From NCBI RefSeq assembly GCF_964355755.1, contig NC_092680.1:5580001-5644000 (forward strand): a stretch of 64,000 nt of DNA, in the 5' to 3' direction. The position numbers and the translations under genes were made by a program. The stretch comes from Antedon mediterranea. Its lineage: Eukaryota > Animalia > Echinodermata. The notes below the pieces were generated by a model. The model saw nothing but the letters and a program-made list of their open reading frames with translations. It was not told where the DNA came from and did not search any database. Positions 60,501 through 64,000 of the stretch are shown here, piece after piece; positions within the stretch are counted from its first letter, which is position 1; each line of letters begins with the position of its first letter.

Positions 60501-63500
60501 CGAGATGACTTGAGGCCGAGTTGACTTAAGGCACAGTTGACCTGAGGCCCAGATGAATTGGGGCCGAGTTGACATTGGCCGAGACGGTTTAGAGTCGACT
60601 TGGATCGAAATCCATGTGTGCTAGAGAAACTAATAAGCAAAGCTTATTACTGTTAGTTGTTACGCAAACAAAATAAATTTGTAATAATTTTATAGAAATG
60701 TATATAGTACATGAGTTTTTTTATACCTGTACATTTATCATACTCTAAAAGTAATTTACAGGATTATTTTCATAAACGGAGGATGAGGTTCTAAATATAA
60801 TTTCGAATAATGAAATTGACTACTCTAACATCTAATGGAAAGGTTAATGTTGGTGTTTTCAAACGGGTGTGGTGCAGAATTATCTAATCAGTAATTAATG
60901 TTTGTATACCAAAAGGACAGGACTCTGATACCCAAGTTGATAAAGACTGTTGATGAGTGGACTAGAAAATTTGATGAGATAATGTCTAAAGACAACCCTC
61001 CCTACCAAGTAACCATTGTAGAGAAATCGTTGGAAATTGCATTTAATTCCAACTGGTAAGAAAGCAATGTTATTTAATTTATATCATGAAAATATAGAAA
61101 TATAATTTTAAACAATTTTGATAAAGAAGATGTCAGTTATGTTATTATACTGTAATTTTTATTCTCAATTATATAATTATATACCCTAGGTTTATTTTTA
61201 TTTTTTTAGTAATGTGTTTTGTTGTGGGTCCCTGCGAGACAAGTTTTTAACTTCTAGAAGGGATCCATGATAATAATGACTACAACTTACTGTTTTATCT
61301 ATGTTCACTTTAATATTTTTTTCTATTTTGTATATGTTCATTCATTATTATCTGAATAAATGTTATCTGAACTTGAATCTTACATCAATGAAGTAAATTT
61401 GAAATGGTCAAAAAATTGACAATTTTGAATTAAAATACTCATTTTCGTTACTCCATAAGCTACACATTCATGGCAAAGTAAAAGCTTTCCAATTTAAAAA
61501 CCTACACAAACTTATTTTTACAAATGAAAGATTGTTCAGAATCGGTTTAACTGAATCCGACTTGTGTTCCTTTTGTAAAAAAAAGAAAGACAATTTACTT
61601 CATATATTTGTGTATTATAACATGTGCCGCCCTTTATGGATATTTCTTAAAAACCTTATATTTTAACGAACAGGAAATTTAAGTAATGTAAACAATGAAA
61701 TAATTATTAGGTTTGGAGACAAAGGCTAATTAACAAAATATTATATTTATGACTGCAGAATTAAAAAATAATGTACCTTATTTAAAAGCCTTAAAATTCA
61801 TATTTAACAGATTATAACAAATTTTAGATCTTGCTTAAGTGGGTAGTGAATTATGGGTGCTCTATTCTGTATTCTTTTATTTAAATGTGTTTTTTTTTTG
61901 TATGTATAAAAGATATGAAAATAAAAAAATAATAATAATAATAATAATAATAAAACCAAGCTTTAAACGGTACGCCATTGTTTTTAGTATTCCACCTTAG
62001 ATCTATTAATCTTTCTCATTTCAGTACGTAATTATTACATTTCTAAAGTTACTGTGTTTACGTTCAGTTATTAACAGAAAACGGTTTTAAAATGGAAAGT
62101 TTTAAAAAAAAAGTAAATATCTTGGACTGGTGTTATTGGTGGTTAAAACTTGAGGTATTTAGGCCATGCTAATGTTACTTTTTTTTCGTCTTATTTTTAG
62201 CCCTCCAAAATTATACCTAAACTATGTTGTAACAATGTGGAAGAATGCATTGACAAAAGAGTTAGAAGGTCAACCATTGACAGGATGGGGGATAATAGCA
62301 TGTGAAATACTAAATGGACTCATAAATCAGAAGGTAAATATTGCTCCCTTTCCTCAAATTTAAGAAATTTTGGATAGGGTTTAATAAACTTTACAACAAT
62401 ATTATACTTGTGCTGTGTGTTACAACTGACTTTAATCTTGAATTTTAGGCATTTTGTATTAAAGATACGTAATATCAAATAACATCCAATTCATCACTAA
62501 TTCTTCCTATCATTATCGTTTTCTTCGTCTTATTTTTTGGCTAGAATGGAATAATGACTTGAGAAATGCATTATAAATTATTGTTTATAATAATAACTTT
62601 AATAATAATAATGTACACATAAAAATATACATACATACATTTTCAGCAGAAAAAAAAAATACAATTATTAAATAATTATGTTTTATGTGCACATTTTAAA
62701 TGTTTGTAACATAATATTCTTTTAAAATATTTTTTTCACTTTTTGTGAGTGTTTTTATTTCATTACAGGCTTCTATGTTTGATATGACTGAGTTAGCCCC
62801 GGGTGTAATGACTCTAATACGGGCGGACATCGATAGGTTAACTTCTTCTGCGTGTAGAGTGATATCATCCATGTACGAACAGATAGACGCACTTGCGCCG
62901 TGGACAGAAGAACTCGTTGACCTTTTTTTAGACAACGATGAGATGTGTACTAGTATAGGAAGTATGTGATCAGATTAACGCTGCATTCACACTCTTTCAC
63001 AAGCGGAAGGCGGCGCCATTTTGTTCAATATTGGAAAGTGATTTTAAGAAATAAACGGTGCCGTCTTCCGTCTCGTAAAATGGAACAAGTTTGAATATAG
63101 CGTTAATAATCTCGATGTACGCCTATTAGTATTTAATCATCAATGAATGATAATGAAAATAGTCCATGTTATTAAACTAAATTTGAATTTAATAGTCTTC
63201 ATTATGACGTCACATTACCTAATTATCATATCAGCTCAAAATTATACAATAAGTTGGAACCATTGCATACAGTACACTGCTATATTATACACAAAGAATT
63301 ATAACGTAAAACAACATTGTGTATCTTTCAAAAGAACTTATTACTTTTGAAAGTATTTTAAAGACACAACTTATTTAGTCTACAACTTATCAATGGAAAT
63401 AGGATTTTTTCTTCTTCGTTGTCAATAAACCATTACTTTTATTATTGCCATCGGTCCCTTAATTTGTAGGAACATCAACATATTAATTAATTAAATTTCA

Positions 63501-63732
63501 GTATATCACCAGGCGGTTTAGAATTACTATTCTTTGCCTAATTTGTTTATATATATATATATTATTTTTTTGCACTTTATTTGTAGTGTCATTAAAACCA
63601 CTGTATATTAAATGTCCTGAGAAGATTATGAGTAAAATGGATTTAATCTTTGAAAAGTTACCGGACCTGGATGCGAACAGGAAACGATACCTTTATCTTT
63701 TCTTTGACAATATTTCGAAAACTTCCACTAAG
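57567..63732 (+). CDS. Gene C: third paralog of the Death-TIR-TIR family; first 8 coding exons only (continues beyond the window)
   Basis: Exons 57567-57748, 59245-59365, 59791-59954, 60272-60401, 60916-61055, 62201-62333, 62769-62961, 63587-63732. Phases match genes A and B, and I found no stops. The exon 5 acceptor is shifted and less certain. Confidence 0.82.
60480..60605. repeat. Degenerate ~16-bp tandem repeat (gagttgacttgaggcc), probably a transposon subterminal array
   Basis: About 6-7 imperfect copies, GC-richer than the flanks, in intron 4 of gene C. Confidence 0.55.
61380..61955 (+). mobile_element. Decayed 3' fragment of another L1/Tx1-like LINE in intron 5 of gene C
   Basis: Translates KAFQFKNLHKLIFTNERLFRIGLTESDLCSFCKKKKDNLLHIFV (zinc-knuckle region) and ends in aataaa + (AAT)n. 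Confidence 0.7.
62975..63106. mobile_element. Small palindromic MITE just after exon 7 of gene C
   Basis: ttaacgctgcattca / tgaatatagcgttaa termini with inner inverted gcggaaggcggcgcc / ggtgccgtcttccg. Confidence 0.55.
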
Positions 63733-64000
63733 GTAAGGCAAGAACAAACTGATTCATGGTCCAAACTTTGTCTTTACTTTTGAAACATCTCTTCAGTTCA
63801 AATCAAACATGTTTTCAAACAATATGACAATAAGGATTTATTTAATCATTATTACTATTATCAGTATTTATTCCAGCAATGGTGAGCTGAGATTTTATAG
63901 GTCTAAAGAACTGCAATAACATAAATTACGGTAAAAGCAAAACAACCAAATTCTTGCACCTGACAATGTAATCTTCAATTTGAAAATATATCAGTTATAT

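Overview
AT-rich, intron-containing animal (invertebrate metazoan) genomic DNA; an echinoderm-like deuterostome is only my guess. It looks like a two-part innate-immune locus, all on the + strand. (1) 0.2-24.5 kb: a tandem array of eight Ig-superfamily type I membrane receptor genes with uninterrupted coding regions (signal peptide, V-like Ig, two C2/I-like Ig, TM, Tyr-motif tail). Five are intact, two are clear pseudogenes and one is frameshifted in its signal peptide. The tails fall into ITAM-type, multi-ITIM-type, YAKP/PxxP-adaptor-type and short acidic classes, and ectodomains appear shuffled against tails. (2) 31-64 kb: a tandem array of three paralogous spliced genes. Two are complete with 17 coding exons (about 1121 and 1137 aa by manual splicing) and the third runs off the window. 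They encode an unusual helical (ARM/HEAT-like)-coiled coil-Death-TIR-TIR-CCaX protein in which both TIR domains keep the NADase-type catalytic Glu. Interspersed are a 5'-truncated Tx1/L1-clade LINE with a doubled 3' end and TSD, other LINE fragments, three non-autonomous Helitrons, HINE/DINE-like elements, tRNA-derived SINEs and MITEs. All domain and family calls are by eye from motifs; no database search was run.
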